From a bacterium (GTDB lineage: Bacteria > Cyanobacteriota > Vampirovibrionia > Vampirovibrionales > Vampirovibrionaceae): a DNA stretch of 64,000 nt. This document shows, piece by piece, positions 1 through 8,348 of this stretch. How positions within the stretch are numbered: position 1 is the first letter of the stretch; each line of letters opens with the position of its first letter. The DNA is taken from assembly GCA_030429585.1 (NCBI GenBank), contig JAUIEU010000001.1, forward strand, positions 353,982 through 417,981. The letters are read 5' to 3'. Position numbers and translations under genes: made by a program. The notes beneath the pieces were generated by a model. That model saw nothing but the letters and a program-made list of their open reading frames with translations. It was not told where the DNA came from and made no database searches.

Positions 1-101
1 CCTAGTACAATACCTACGGTTGGTTTTTGGTTGCATTTGCTCAAAATAGGGGCGGCAATATCGGCAAGTTGTTCGTGCAGGTGGTTGGGTAGTAGGGTCA
101 T
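1..101 (-). CDS. possible 5' end of a gene running off the window (start codon at 101..99)
   Basis: The reverse complement of 1..101 reads ATG then 33 sense codons with no stop (MTLLPNHLHEQLADIAAPILSKCNQKPTVGIVL). Codon usage matches neighbouring genes. No clear SD, and the fragment is too short to identify. Confidence 0.2.
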   Translation of the reverse strand, partial: MTLLPNHLHEQLADIAAPILSKCNQKPTVGIVL

Positions 102-245
102 AAGGCAAAAAATCCATACAGGGTGTAATGTTAAGGCCTAGCGGCCATCGTAAAGCGCGTTCGCTAGACATGGGTTATATATGGGTATTATGGTATAACC
201 AAACCCGCATTACTATTGTTGCCATTGTCTCGAAAGATCCTTACC

Positions 246-1595
246 ATGCCTGCTGATACCGTTACTGCTGCCCCCGATGCTGCCGCTGTGCAGGTGCAGG
301 AGGTTTTGCGAAAAAAACGACAGGGCCAAACCCTTACCACGGATGAAATTCAAGGGTTTATAGCAGGCGCCATGGCAGGCGATGTGAAAGATTACCACGT
401 GGCCGCGTTTTTAATGGCCGCCTGTATACAGGGTTTAACGCTAGATGAAACCGTGGCCCTGACGGAAGCTTTTGTAGATAGCGGCGATCGCTTAGATACC
501 AGCCGTATTGACGGCATTGTGGTGGATAAGCACAGTACTGGCGGCGTAGGCGATAAAACGACGCTTATTTTGGTGCCCTTGCTGGCTGCCTGCGGGTTAA
601 AGGTAGCTAAGCTTAGTGGCCGAGGCCTTGGCTTTACGGGTGGCACCATAGATAAACTAGAAGCCATCCCTGAGTTTAATACAGCTTTGCAGATGGACGC
701 GTTTATTGAGCAGGTAAACACGGTAGGGGCAGCCATTAGCAGCCAAACCGCCAACTTAGCCCCGGCAGATGGCAAGTTGTATGCCTTGCGCGATGTGACC
801 GCCACAGTAGATAACATCCCTATGATTGCGGCCTCGGTGGTTTCTAAAAAAATAGCTACCGGTGCGGATGTAGTGGTGCTGGATATTAAGGTAGGCCAAG
901 GCGCCTTTATGAAAACCATTGAGGAAGCCCAAGAGTTGGCCCAATGGTGCCGACAGATTGGTGAGCAGCTGGGCAAAATATTCAGTACCGTAATTTCTCG
1001 TATGGAAGAACCACTGGGCTGCGCGGTAGGCCACACGCTAGAAGTGCTAGAAAGTATAGATGTGCTAAAAGGCCAAGGCCCCAAAGATGTATGCGATTTG
1101 GTAGACGTGCTGGGCGGTGTGGCTTTATTTACAGCTGGCAAAGCGGATAGCCTAGAGGCGGCCACGGCCCTAATTAAACAAAAACGCCAAAATGGCGCTG
1201 GCTACGATGTGTTTAAGGCCATGGTGGCTGCTCAAGGTGGTGTGGTAGCGGCATTAGAACACACTGAAGCCATGCCGCAGCCGGATCGTATTCGGATTTT
1301 CCCCGCAGAGCGCAGCGGCGTGATTTGCGAAATTGACGCCTTAAAAGTGGCCCAAGCTACCAAAATGCTAGGCGCTGGCCGTAAAAGCAAAGAAGATGCT
1401 ATTCATCTGGGTGTAGGTGTGCGCTTGCTTCACCAAGTGGGTGATACGGTAGCAGCCGGCGACGGTATTGTAGAAATTCACACCACTGGCGAGGGTGAAA
1501 ACCAAGCAGTAGAATGGCTAAGCGATGCCATTACCATTAGCGATACGTGCCCCGATATCCAGCCCGTCGTGGTGGATATTCAATTAGCCAAATAA
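246..1595 (+). CDS. thymidine / pyrimidine-nucleoside phosphorylase (glycosyltransferase family 3)
   Basis: KHSTGGVGDKTT phosphate-binding motif and the SGRGLGFTGGTIDKLE block; the N-terminus VQVQEVLRKKRQG aligns with the DeoA N-terminus. The ORF track begins at a TTG at 216; the ATG at 246 is more likely. Confidence 0.9.
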   Translation: MPADTVTAAPDAAAVQVQEVLRKKRQGQTLTTDEIQGFIAGAMAGDVKDYHVAAFLMAACIQGLTLDETVALTEAFVDSGDRLDTSRIDGIVVDKHSTGGVGDKTTLILVPLLAACGLKVAKLSGRGLGFTGGTIDKLEAIPEFNTALQMDAFIEQVNTVGAAISSQTANLAPADGKLYALRDVTATVDNIPMIAASVVSKKIATGADVVVLDIKVGQGAFMKTIEEAQELAQWCRQIGEQLGKIFSTVISRMEEPLGCAVGHTLEVLESIDVLKGQGPKDVCDLVDVLGGVALFTAGKADSLEAATALIKQKRQNGAGYDVFKAMVAAQGGVVAALEHTEAMPQPDRIRIFPAERSGVICEIDALKVAQATKMLGAGRKSKEDAIHLGVGVRLLHQVGDTVAAGDGIVEIHTTGEGENQAVEWLSDAITISDTCPDIQPVVVDIQLAK

Positions 1596-1611
1596 ATTGT
1601 GCCCACTAGCA

Positions 1612-1827
1612 CTAAAAAAGCTTGCGTTGGACGGGTTCGGCTTCAAATAGCAGGCCAATGCCGCAGTCTAATATGTCGCATAGGCGGTCCATGTTTTCGT
1701 AGCTGGGTTGGGTGCGCCCGCTGGCCCAGCTGTACACGGTTTGTTGGGGCAGGGCCAATTCTTTGGCAAGCCGGTACAGGCTCCAATCTTTGGTTTCTTT
1801 GGCCACGTCTTTAATCTTAATTTTCAT
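1612..1827 (-). CDS. XRE-family (Cro/CI-type) helix-turn-helix transcriptional regulator, 71 aa
   Basis: The SLYRLAKELALPQQTVYSWASGRTQPSYENMDRLCDIL segment is a typical HTH_XRE pattern. Confidence 0.7.
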   Translation of the reverse strand: MKIKIKDVAKETKDWSLYRLAKELALPQQTVYSWASGRTQPSYENMDRLCDILDCGIGLLFEAEPVQRKLF

Positions 1828-2047
1828 ACCGAACCATACCTGTATGTATCTCTAACCCATAGCGTTATTGATTGTTTATGATGCAAGGTAGTGAACAAAT
1901 ACCACTGCACAACAAATAACTACGGGTATTATCTGTTGGGTTTTGCTTTTAGGGAAGCCCCGCCGGGGAGTTATCCTCCAAATACAGCACTTTTAGATAT
2001 TCAGTGCCTTTGCTTATAGTATAGAAAGCACCTTCAGGGATTACATA

Positions 2048-2689
2048 ATGACTATTAGACCTTTATCAGATAGACCTGTTTACCCATGGACGTCAGTGTC
2101 TAAACGATTGAATAAAATAGAGCAAAGATTACCGAAGAACGTTACTGATGAGCAAATTCGTCGGTATGGCACGGCAGTAGGTATGCGCCGTACAGTTTCT
2201 CGGGTTATGGGCGCTTTGAGGGCAGGGTATTTAGGGTTTGGTGTTGCCCCCATTGTTGAGCAGGCTATTAGTCATGGTATAGATCCTAAGCTAGCTATAC
2301 CTACGGCAATGTTAGGGCTCTTCTGGGGAACAAAAGAGATGATTGGTGCTCACCAAGCATCAAAAAACAAGAAGGAAATGCGAGTATTAGAACATCCTGA
2401 TGGTGTAAAATTGGATCAAACGAGAGAGAGCCTAATTAACCTGAACAGATTACTGCCTTTAGAAACTCAACGAGACCCGGTTGAACTAAATATAATTAAA
2501 AAGTTGTTGCACGCTAATGGCGCCATGGAATTATGCACAAAAATTGATAATCACTTGAAGACCTTGGGTAAAAAGAAAGCTAGAAAAAAACGCATTACCC
2601 CTACAGAAATGAATAAAATAAAAAGCATGCATAGTAAAATGTTAATCGCAATTAATAATAAAACAGGAAAATCTCATTTTGAAAATTAA
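2048..2689 (+). CDS. hypothetical Lys-rich protein (ORFan) in an AT-rich islet
   Basis: A 213-aa ORF at about 40% GC against about 52% for neighbours. It has an internal hydrophobic segment and a Lys-rich C-terminus, with no motif I recognise. Confidence 0.45.
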   Translation: MTIRPLSDRPVYPWTSVSKRLNKIEQRLPKNVTDEQIRRYGTAVGMRRTVSRVMGALRAGYLGFGVAPIVEQAISHGIDPKLAIPTAMLGLFWGTKEMIGAHQASKNKKEMRVLEHPDGVKLDQTRESLINLNRLLPLETQRDPVELNIIKKLLHANGAMELCTKIDNHLKTLGKKKARKKRITPTEMNKIKSMHSKMLIAINNKTGKSHFEN

Positions 2690-2749
2690 TCGGCCTGCTT
2701 ATTATTGATGCTATGATGGATTATTCGTATTTATTAGGTTATTTTTACT

Positions 2750-4159
2750 ATGCCCAAAACGATCATTGAACCGTTCCGCATTAAAACCGTGGAAGCTATT
2801 CCGCAAACCACGCTAAAAAAGCGTAAGGAATACTTGGCGGCGGCCAAGTTTAATCCGTTTAAGCTTCGGTCGGAACAGATTACTATCGACCTGTTAACGG
2901 ACTCGGGTACAGGGGCCATGTCCGCTAACCAGTGGGCGGCCGTGATGCAAGGCGATGAAACCTATGCCGGGTCGCGGTCGTTTTTTCAGTTAGAAGAGGT
3001 GGTGACAAAACTAACCGGTTTAAAACATGTACTACCCACCCACCAAGGCCGCAGTAGCGAGCACATTTTGCTGGCGGTGATGGGTACGGCTGGTAAAGTT
3101 GTATTGGCGAATAATCACTTTGATACCACCAAGGCCAATGTGGAATACCTAAAAGGCACCCCGGTAGACTTGGTGATTAAAGAGGCCCATGAGCCGGAAA
3201 CCAAGCACCCGTTTAAGGGTAATATTGATTTAGAAAAGTTGGAACAACACCTGCAAGAGCTGGGCGACCAAGTGGCCATGGTGCTGATGACGATTACCAA
3301 TAACACGGTGGGCGGTCAGCCGGTTAGCTTGGCAAATTTAAAAGCTGCCGCGGCATTGGCTAAACGGTTCAACAAGCCGTTTATTTTGGATGCGGCCCGT
3401 TTTGCTGAAAATGCCTGGTTTATTAAACAGCGAGAAGAGGGCCAGCAAAGCCGAAGTGTCCGTGAGATTGTGCGCGAAACGTTTGACCTGTGCGACGGCT
3501 TTACCATGAGCTGTAAAAAAGATGGCCTGGTAAACATTGGTGGCCTATTGTGCGTGAACGACGACACACTGGCGGAACAGGCCCGTAGCCTGCTGATTTT
3601 AACGGAAGGCTTCCCTACTTATGGTGGGTTGGCTGGGCGCGATTTAGCCGCCCTAGCCGTTGGCCTAGAAGAAGTATTGGAAGAAGATTACCTGCAATAT
3701 CGCATTGCCAGCGTGGCCTATTTACACAAGGCGCTGGATAAATTGGGCATCCCGCTGATGCATCCGGCGGGTGGCCATGCGGTGTATATTGATGCGACGG
3801 CGTTTTACCCGCATATTCCGGCGCACCAGTATCCGGGTTTGGCGCTAACCAATGCGCTGTATGTGGCAGGTGGTATCCGTGCTGTGGAAATTGGCACCCT
3901 GATGTTTGGCACACCAAACGAGGCAGGCGGCCCGGATAATACGGCGCCGATGGAGCTGGTTCGCATGACGATTCCGCGCCGCACCTATACCCAAAGCCAT
4001 ATGGATTACATTGCGGAAGTATTGGGCGATGTATACCAACAGCGCGATATGACGACAGGGTATGCCATAACCAAGCAAACATCGATTCTTAGGGCTTTTA
4101 CGGCGGAGTTACAGCCTGTAACAGGTGCGACGGAAAACCTTGCAGGCTCGGTGGTGTAG
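2750..4159 (+). CDS. tnaA: tryptophanase / tyrosine phenol-lyase family (beta-eliminating lyase, PLP-dependent)
   Basis: 469 aa. The SCKKDGLVNIGG PLP-lysine motif (S-x-KKD) is present, and the length and N-terminus are typical of TnaA/TPL. Confidence 0.85.
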   Translation: MPKTIIEPFRIKTVEAIPQTTLKKRKEYLAAAKFNPFKLRSEQITIDLLTDSGTGAMSANQWAAVMQGDETYAGSRSFFQLEEVVTKLTGLKHVLPTHQGRSSEHILLAVMGTAGKVVLANNHFDTTKANVEYLKGTPVDLVIKEAHEPETKHPFKGNIDLEKLEQHLQELGDQVAMVLMTITNNTVGGQPVSLANLKAAAALAKRFNKPFILDAARFAENAWFIKQREEGQQSRSVREIVRETFDLCDGFTMSCKKDGLVNIGGLLCVNDDTLAEQARSLLILTEGFPTYGGLAGRDLAALAVGLEEVLEEDYLQYRIASVAYLHKALDKLGIPLMHPAGGHAVYIDATAFYPHIPAHQYPGLALTNALYVAGGIRAVEIGTLMFGTPNEAGGPDNTAPMELVRMTIPRRTYTQSHMDYIAEVLGDVYQQRDMTTGYAITKQTSILRAFTAELQPVTGATENLAGSVV

Positions 4160-4190
4160 CTTGCTTGTAAGGCAACGTTGAGTGGGCTAT

Positions 4191-4378
4191 GCGCTACGGA
4201 TAAACGATTGATTCTGTGGCCGGGATGGTGCGTAGCTTGCGAGGAAAGCAAAATAGTTGCACGGAGTGTGCGCTACAGATAAACTATCGTTTCTGTGGCC
4301 GGGGTGGTGCGCGGCTTGCGAGGAAAGCAAAATAGTTGCACGGAGTGTGCGCTACAGATAAACTATCGTTTCTGTGGT
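4191..4378 (+). repeat. 2.4 tandem copies of a 79-bp unit (units start at 4191, 4270 and 4349) that run directly into tRNA-Pro
   Basis: Exact 79-bp periodicity. Each unit contains a degenerate copy of the tRNA 5' end (cgggatggtgcgtagcttg versus the true cgggatgtagcgcagcttgg) plus a TTGCAC-N17-TAAACT promoter-like pair (4257..4285 and 4336..4364). Confidence 0.85.
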
Positions 4379-4455
4379 CGGGATGTAGCGCAGCTTGGTA
4401 GCGCACGTCGTTCGGGACGACGGGGTCGCAGGTTCAAATCCTGTCATCCCGACCA
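4379..4455 (+). tRNA. tRNA-Pro (anticodon CGG), CCA encoded
   Basis: Hand-folded cloverleaf. Acceptor stem CGGGATG/CATCCCG, D-stem GCGC/GCGC, anticodon stem CGTCG/CGACG with loop TTCGGGA (CGG), T-arm GCAGG-TTCAAAT-CCTGT, discriminator A, then CCA. Confidence 0.9.
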
Positions 4456-4493
4456 ATTTTTATTGATAGACTTTTGCGGCGGCTAGAATTTTT

Positions 4494-5336
4494 ATGTCAT
4501 CCTTTTTTAGTGCTGAGGATTTGCATGAGTTAAATACAATTTATCAAAAAGTTAATTCTGATTATGAAAATTTATTACTCACTTATACTTATTATTTACA
4601 ACTAACAAATGAAAATGCGAATGAACATAAACAGCAGGGGTTTCTTAGGCGGTGTAGATTGTTAAAGAGAAGTATTGACAAAGTTTTTGAAATTTCTCCA
4701 TCTTAGTTAGATATGTATCTGGATGATGAACAATTGTCCGATATAAACATATATTTGCATTCTTTTATGATTAATTTGTATGGTTGTATAGAGAACTTGG
4801 CTTGGGTGTGGGTTAAGGAAAGTGGTTTTAAATACGAATATAAAGACTAATTTCGTTTTTATAATTCTAAAATTATTAATGGCTTTTCGGAGGAATTTCG
4901 AGACTATATTAATTCGGATGAATATAAAGACTGGAGAAGTCACATCGATAATTTTAGGCATGCTTTAGCTCATCGAATACCTTTGTATGTTCCACCAGCA
5001 ATATTTAATCGAGATGATAAAGTTAGATTTGATGAGATTGAGGCGAAAAAAGATGAACTTTTAAAAAATATTATGGTAATTGCTCGTAACGAAAATAATA
5101 ACTTGCTTTCGGATGTGCTGGCACAGCAGGATGTGGCTTTCAAAGAAATAAATGAGCTCGAAGCGGAAGGTCAAAATTTAGGACAATACACCCCAATAAT
5201 GACTCACTCTTATTCAGAAGGGTCTCCCAAGATTGTATTCCATGCACAGCTATTGGCGGACTGGTCTACTATTATTAAGATATCAAAGCTGTTTTTTAAT
5301 GAGCTGAATTATCAGAAAGGCATAAATGGTAATTGA
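4494..5336 (+). pseudogene. stop-disrupted ~280-codon reading frame with a HEPN-like Rx4H motif (possible decayed defence / abortive-infection-type gene) in a low-GC islet
   Basis: ORFs 4494..4706 and 4983..5336 and the open segment between them are all in the same frame. That frame is interrupted only by a TAG at 4704 and a TAA near 4849. The middle segment encodes ...DWRSHIDNFRHALAHRIPLYVP (R-x4-H). GC is about 33%. Confidence 0.45.
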
Positions 5337-5408
5337 TCTATAGTGTGTTTAACATAGCTGATATGAGTGGATAAAGAGCGAAATTGAAGTGATAAATTGC
5401 CACAATGC

Positions 5409-6914
5409 CTAAACATTGCCCAGGGTTAGTTGGTAATGCTTTTCAATTTCGTAGACTGAGTTTTTGTGCTCAATTAATTTTAATTCAGCATCTGCTGCGG
5501 AACGTTCGCGCTGGTTTACTAAAAACAAGGTGGTATCGCCTAGGCGGAACCGGATTCGTTCGCCCTCGGCTAGTTTTTTAGCGGTTTCATATTCTAGCTT
5601 AGCAGCTAAATATTGTTGGTGGCGGGCGGCCCATTCACTGGCCACGTCTTGTACTTCAATCCTAATTTGTTGGGTAATCTGTTGGGCCTCTATGGCAAGT
5701 TGGTCCATGCTTAATCGTGCCTGCCGCCGATCGCCTAATGGTTTGCGGTAGCGCAGGGGGATGTTCATCTGTATGCCGGCTTTAAATACAGGCCCAATAC
5801 TGTTGTTGCCTGTTTCCATACCATGGATAGCGCTGACATCCAGTTGGGGTAATAAATTATTAGTGGCCAGTGCTTTATCCACGGCAGCTAAGGTTTGTGC
5901 TAAACCAATCAGCTGGGGGGTGGGCCGTTGCTGTAAGGCGGTTACCGTATCACGCTCTTGTTGGTCAGCACCGGGTGGCGCAGGGGGGGTATTACCCGAG
6001 AGCCCAATTAGGCCCGGCGTTAATAGTCGCGCGTCTAATAGCATAGGGGTTTGCTGCGTTGCCACTAGCTCGCCTTTTTGTTGGGCAGGCTGCCAAAGGT
6101 ATAGCCCTAGGGCTAAGGCTTTCTCCTGCTGTGTTCGGTTTGTTTGTGCTTGCTGGCCTTGCCGTTTGGCTACCTCTCGTTTGGCTTCAGTGGCTACAAT
6201 GGCCGCTTCATCACCTAAGTCTACACGTTGCTGAATTTGATTTAACCGTAACGCCGCCAGATCGTTCAAATCGTCTACAACCGCAATACTTTGCCAGCTG
6301 GCCACCCACTGCCAATAGGTAATGTTCGCTTTGGTGAGTAGTTTTAAAGCGGATTGCCGGTACTTAATGCTTGCCATCAGTTCTTTTATTTTGGCTTGCT
6401 TTAGAGCGGCTACTTTTTCATTCATTAAAAAACCACGCAGCAAAGGTAGTTTTACCCCCCAGTAATATTCGCCGCCATCACCCGTAGGGGAGATGGGAGT
6501 TTTAATATCGCCAAGGGCTAATTTTCCTCCTGCTATAGCGGTTAAGCCAACAGAGGTAGGTAGGTTTAAGGTGACTTCATTTTCGCTTCCCAGTTGGGCT
6601 TTGCCTTCGACACTAGAGCTGTTGAATCGCTGGGTTTGGCTATTACCATTCACATAGGGGTCAAAAGCCCCTTGCTTGGATAAACGATTAGCGCCAGCAA
6701 TACCAATTTCTAAAGATGCCTGCTGCATATCGGGGTGATAGTTTAGAATACGTTCGATAAATGCATGGTAGGTTAAAGTATCAGGCGGTTTTTGTGTGAT
6801 TGGGTTTGGGCTGTTTGGTTGGGCAGCAGGCGAGTTGTTTTGGCAATACCCAATGGCGGTAATACCTATTAGGGAATAGGCCATTAAAAATAAGGTAAGC
6901 CAAAGCCGTTTCAT
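5409..6914 (-). CDS. TolC-family outer-membrane efflux protein (type I secretion OMF)
   Basis: 501 aa with an N-terminal signal peptide. It is the last gene of an ABC-HlyD-OMF operon. Confidence 0.8.
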   Translation of the reverse strand: MKRLWLTLFLMAYSLIGITAIGYCQNNSPAAQPNSPNPITQKPPDTLTYHAFIERILNYHPDMQQASLEIGIAGANRLSKQGAFDPYVNGNSQTQRFNSSSVEGKAQLGSENEVTLNLPTSVGLTAIAGGKLALGDIKTPISPTGDGGEYYWGVKLPLLRGFLMNEKVAALKQAKIKELMASIKYRQSALKLLTKANITYWQWVASWQSIAVVDDLNDLAALRLNQIQQRVDLGDEAAIVATEAKREVAKRQGQQAQTNRTQQEKALALGLYLWQPAQQKGELVATQQTPMLLDARLLTPGLIGLSGNTPPAPPGADQQERDTVTALQQRPTPQLIGLAQTLAAVDKALATNNLLPQLDVSAIHGMETGNNSIGPVFKAGIQMNIPLRYRKPLGDRRQARLSMDQLAIEAQQITQQIRIEVQDVASEWAARHQQYLAAKLEYETAKKLAEGERIRFRLGDTTLFLVNQRERSAADAELKLIEHKNSVYEIEKHYQLTLGNV

Positions 6915-6920
6915 TGCACG

Positions 6921-8348
6921 CTATTTCCGTTTTTTAACGGTTTTTAATAGTTTGGCGTCATCTTTAAAGGGGTCTTTATGGGGGCCAAAGCTAGTGGGCT
7001 TCATACCGTAATAATCTGGGGTGGGCGATACTGTTGGCGCGAACCCGTTAAACTGACGCCACAATTCAAACCAAATGGGCACGGTATCTAGCAATACCCA
7101 ACCAAGCGCCTGGCTTCCTGGCCGTAATACAGTGCTGTCGGGCCAAGGTTCTTCAGTGCCATTTTTAACGGCGTTTTTATCCGGTTTTACTAAAATGCGG
7201 TACATGCTGGCCCCATCATCGGTGGCATCTATCGCAACGATTGTTCCAGCAAACGTGCCCCGGCTTACACCGGGCCAACCCGCAAACTGAATAGCAGGGA
7301 ACCCGGCAAATTGTAGGCGCACTGGCCGCCCTACAGACAGCAACGGCGCGTTCCAATCAGCCACATAAAGTGCGGCCGCCAGGTCATTTGTTTGTGGGGT
7401 GATTTTAATAAGCGGTGTATCCGCCTTAACGGTTTCGCCTTTGCCTAGCTTAAACACCCGAGTTACTTGGCCGGATACTGTTGCGTGTATTTCTCGCTGC
7501 TCTTGGCGCTGTTTTAGGCTGGCCAGTTTGTTATTGAGTTTAGCGATATCCTGCGTTAGCTTAGCCGATTTTTCTGCCAAACTGGCCTGCTTTACCATCA
7601 CATCTTGCTGTTTAATATTGGTTTCGGCGGTTTTTTCGCCGGTGGCAAAACTAGCAATGCTGCGTTCTTGGTTGGCAATGTCTACACTGGATTTGGCTTC
7701 TTGTACATCGGCTTCTGCTTTGGCCACAGCCAATTGGGCTAATTCTAAATCGCGTTTACTGCGGAGCCCATTCGCGTACAATTCTTCTCGGCGGGATAGA
7801 TTGATTTGTGCCGTTGCTTGGGATTGTTCTGCGGCGGCTAGTTTTTGCTTAGAGGCGGCTATTTTTTGTTCTGCCTGACTAATTTTAAGTTGTGCTGCAG
7901 GAACAGCTGCTTGCTGTAGCGTTTGCTGGCTAACGAGTTGGCTCCCCATAATACCCAGTTGTTGCTGAATAGCTTGCTGTTGAGCCGTTAAAGCATCCCG
8001 TTCTTGTTGTAAACGCGCCAACTGATTAGGGTCTAAATAATCGGTTTTGACTTCTTCTAATGATAGTAACGCATCGCCCTGGTTGACCCATTCGCCTTCC
8101 GTAACGTGCCACTGGGCGATGCGGGCATCAATTTGGGCGTTAATGGTTTGGGGCCGCTCCATGGGTGAGAAAACAATGACCTCGCCTTTGCCCATAATGT
8201 TTTGTTGCCAGGGGGTTAGCCATAGGCCAAGCACCACGGCCAGTAATAAAAAACCAAGCACCCATGCCAACTGTTTGGCGTACCCATGGCTGCCAAGGCG
8301 GCTAAGGGCGGAGTTGGTAGATGACGATGCTAATTTAGCAAATGTCAT
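6921..8348 (-). CDS. HlyD-family membrane fusion protein (type I secretion)
   Basis: 475 aa with a single N-terminal TM (LAWVLGFLLLAVVLGLWL), a long Q/A-rich coiled coil and a C-terminal beta domain. Its start overlaps the ABC gene stop (TAATG at 8346..8350). Confidence 0.85.
   Translation of the reverse strand: MTFAKLASSSTNSALSRLGSHGYAKQLAWVLGFLLLAVVLGLWLTPWQQNIMGKGEVIVFSPMERPQTINAQIDARIAQWHVTEGEWVNQGDALLSLEEVKTDYLDPNQLARLQQERDALTAQQQAIQQQLGIMGSQLVSQQTLQQAAVPAAQLKISQAEQKIAASKQKLAAAEQSQATAQINLSRREELYANGLRSKRDLELAQLAVAKAEADVQEAKSSVDIANQERSIASFATGEKTAETNIKQQDVMVKQASLAEKSAKLTQDIAKLNNKLASLKQRQEQREIHATVSGQVTRVFKLGKGETVKADTPLIKITPQTNDLAAALYVADWNAPLLSVGRPVRLQFAGFPAIQFAGWPGVSRGTFAGTIVAIDATDDGASMYRILVKPDKNAVKNGTEEPWPDSTVLRPGSQALGWVLLDTVPIWFELWRQFNGFAPTVSPTPDYYGMKPTSFGPHKDPFKDDAKLLKTVKKRK

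Noticed and set aside
392-1165. 257-aa minus-strand ORF inside the thymidine phosphorylase gene
   Set aside because: Antisense to a gene with unmistakable motifs. The translation is S/T/P-rich low-complexity.
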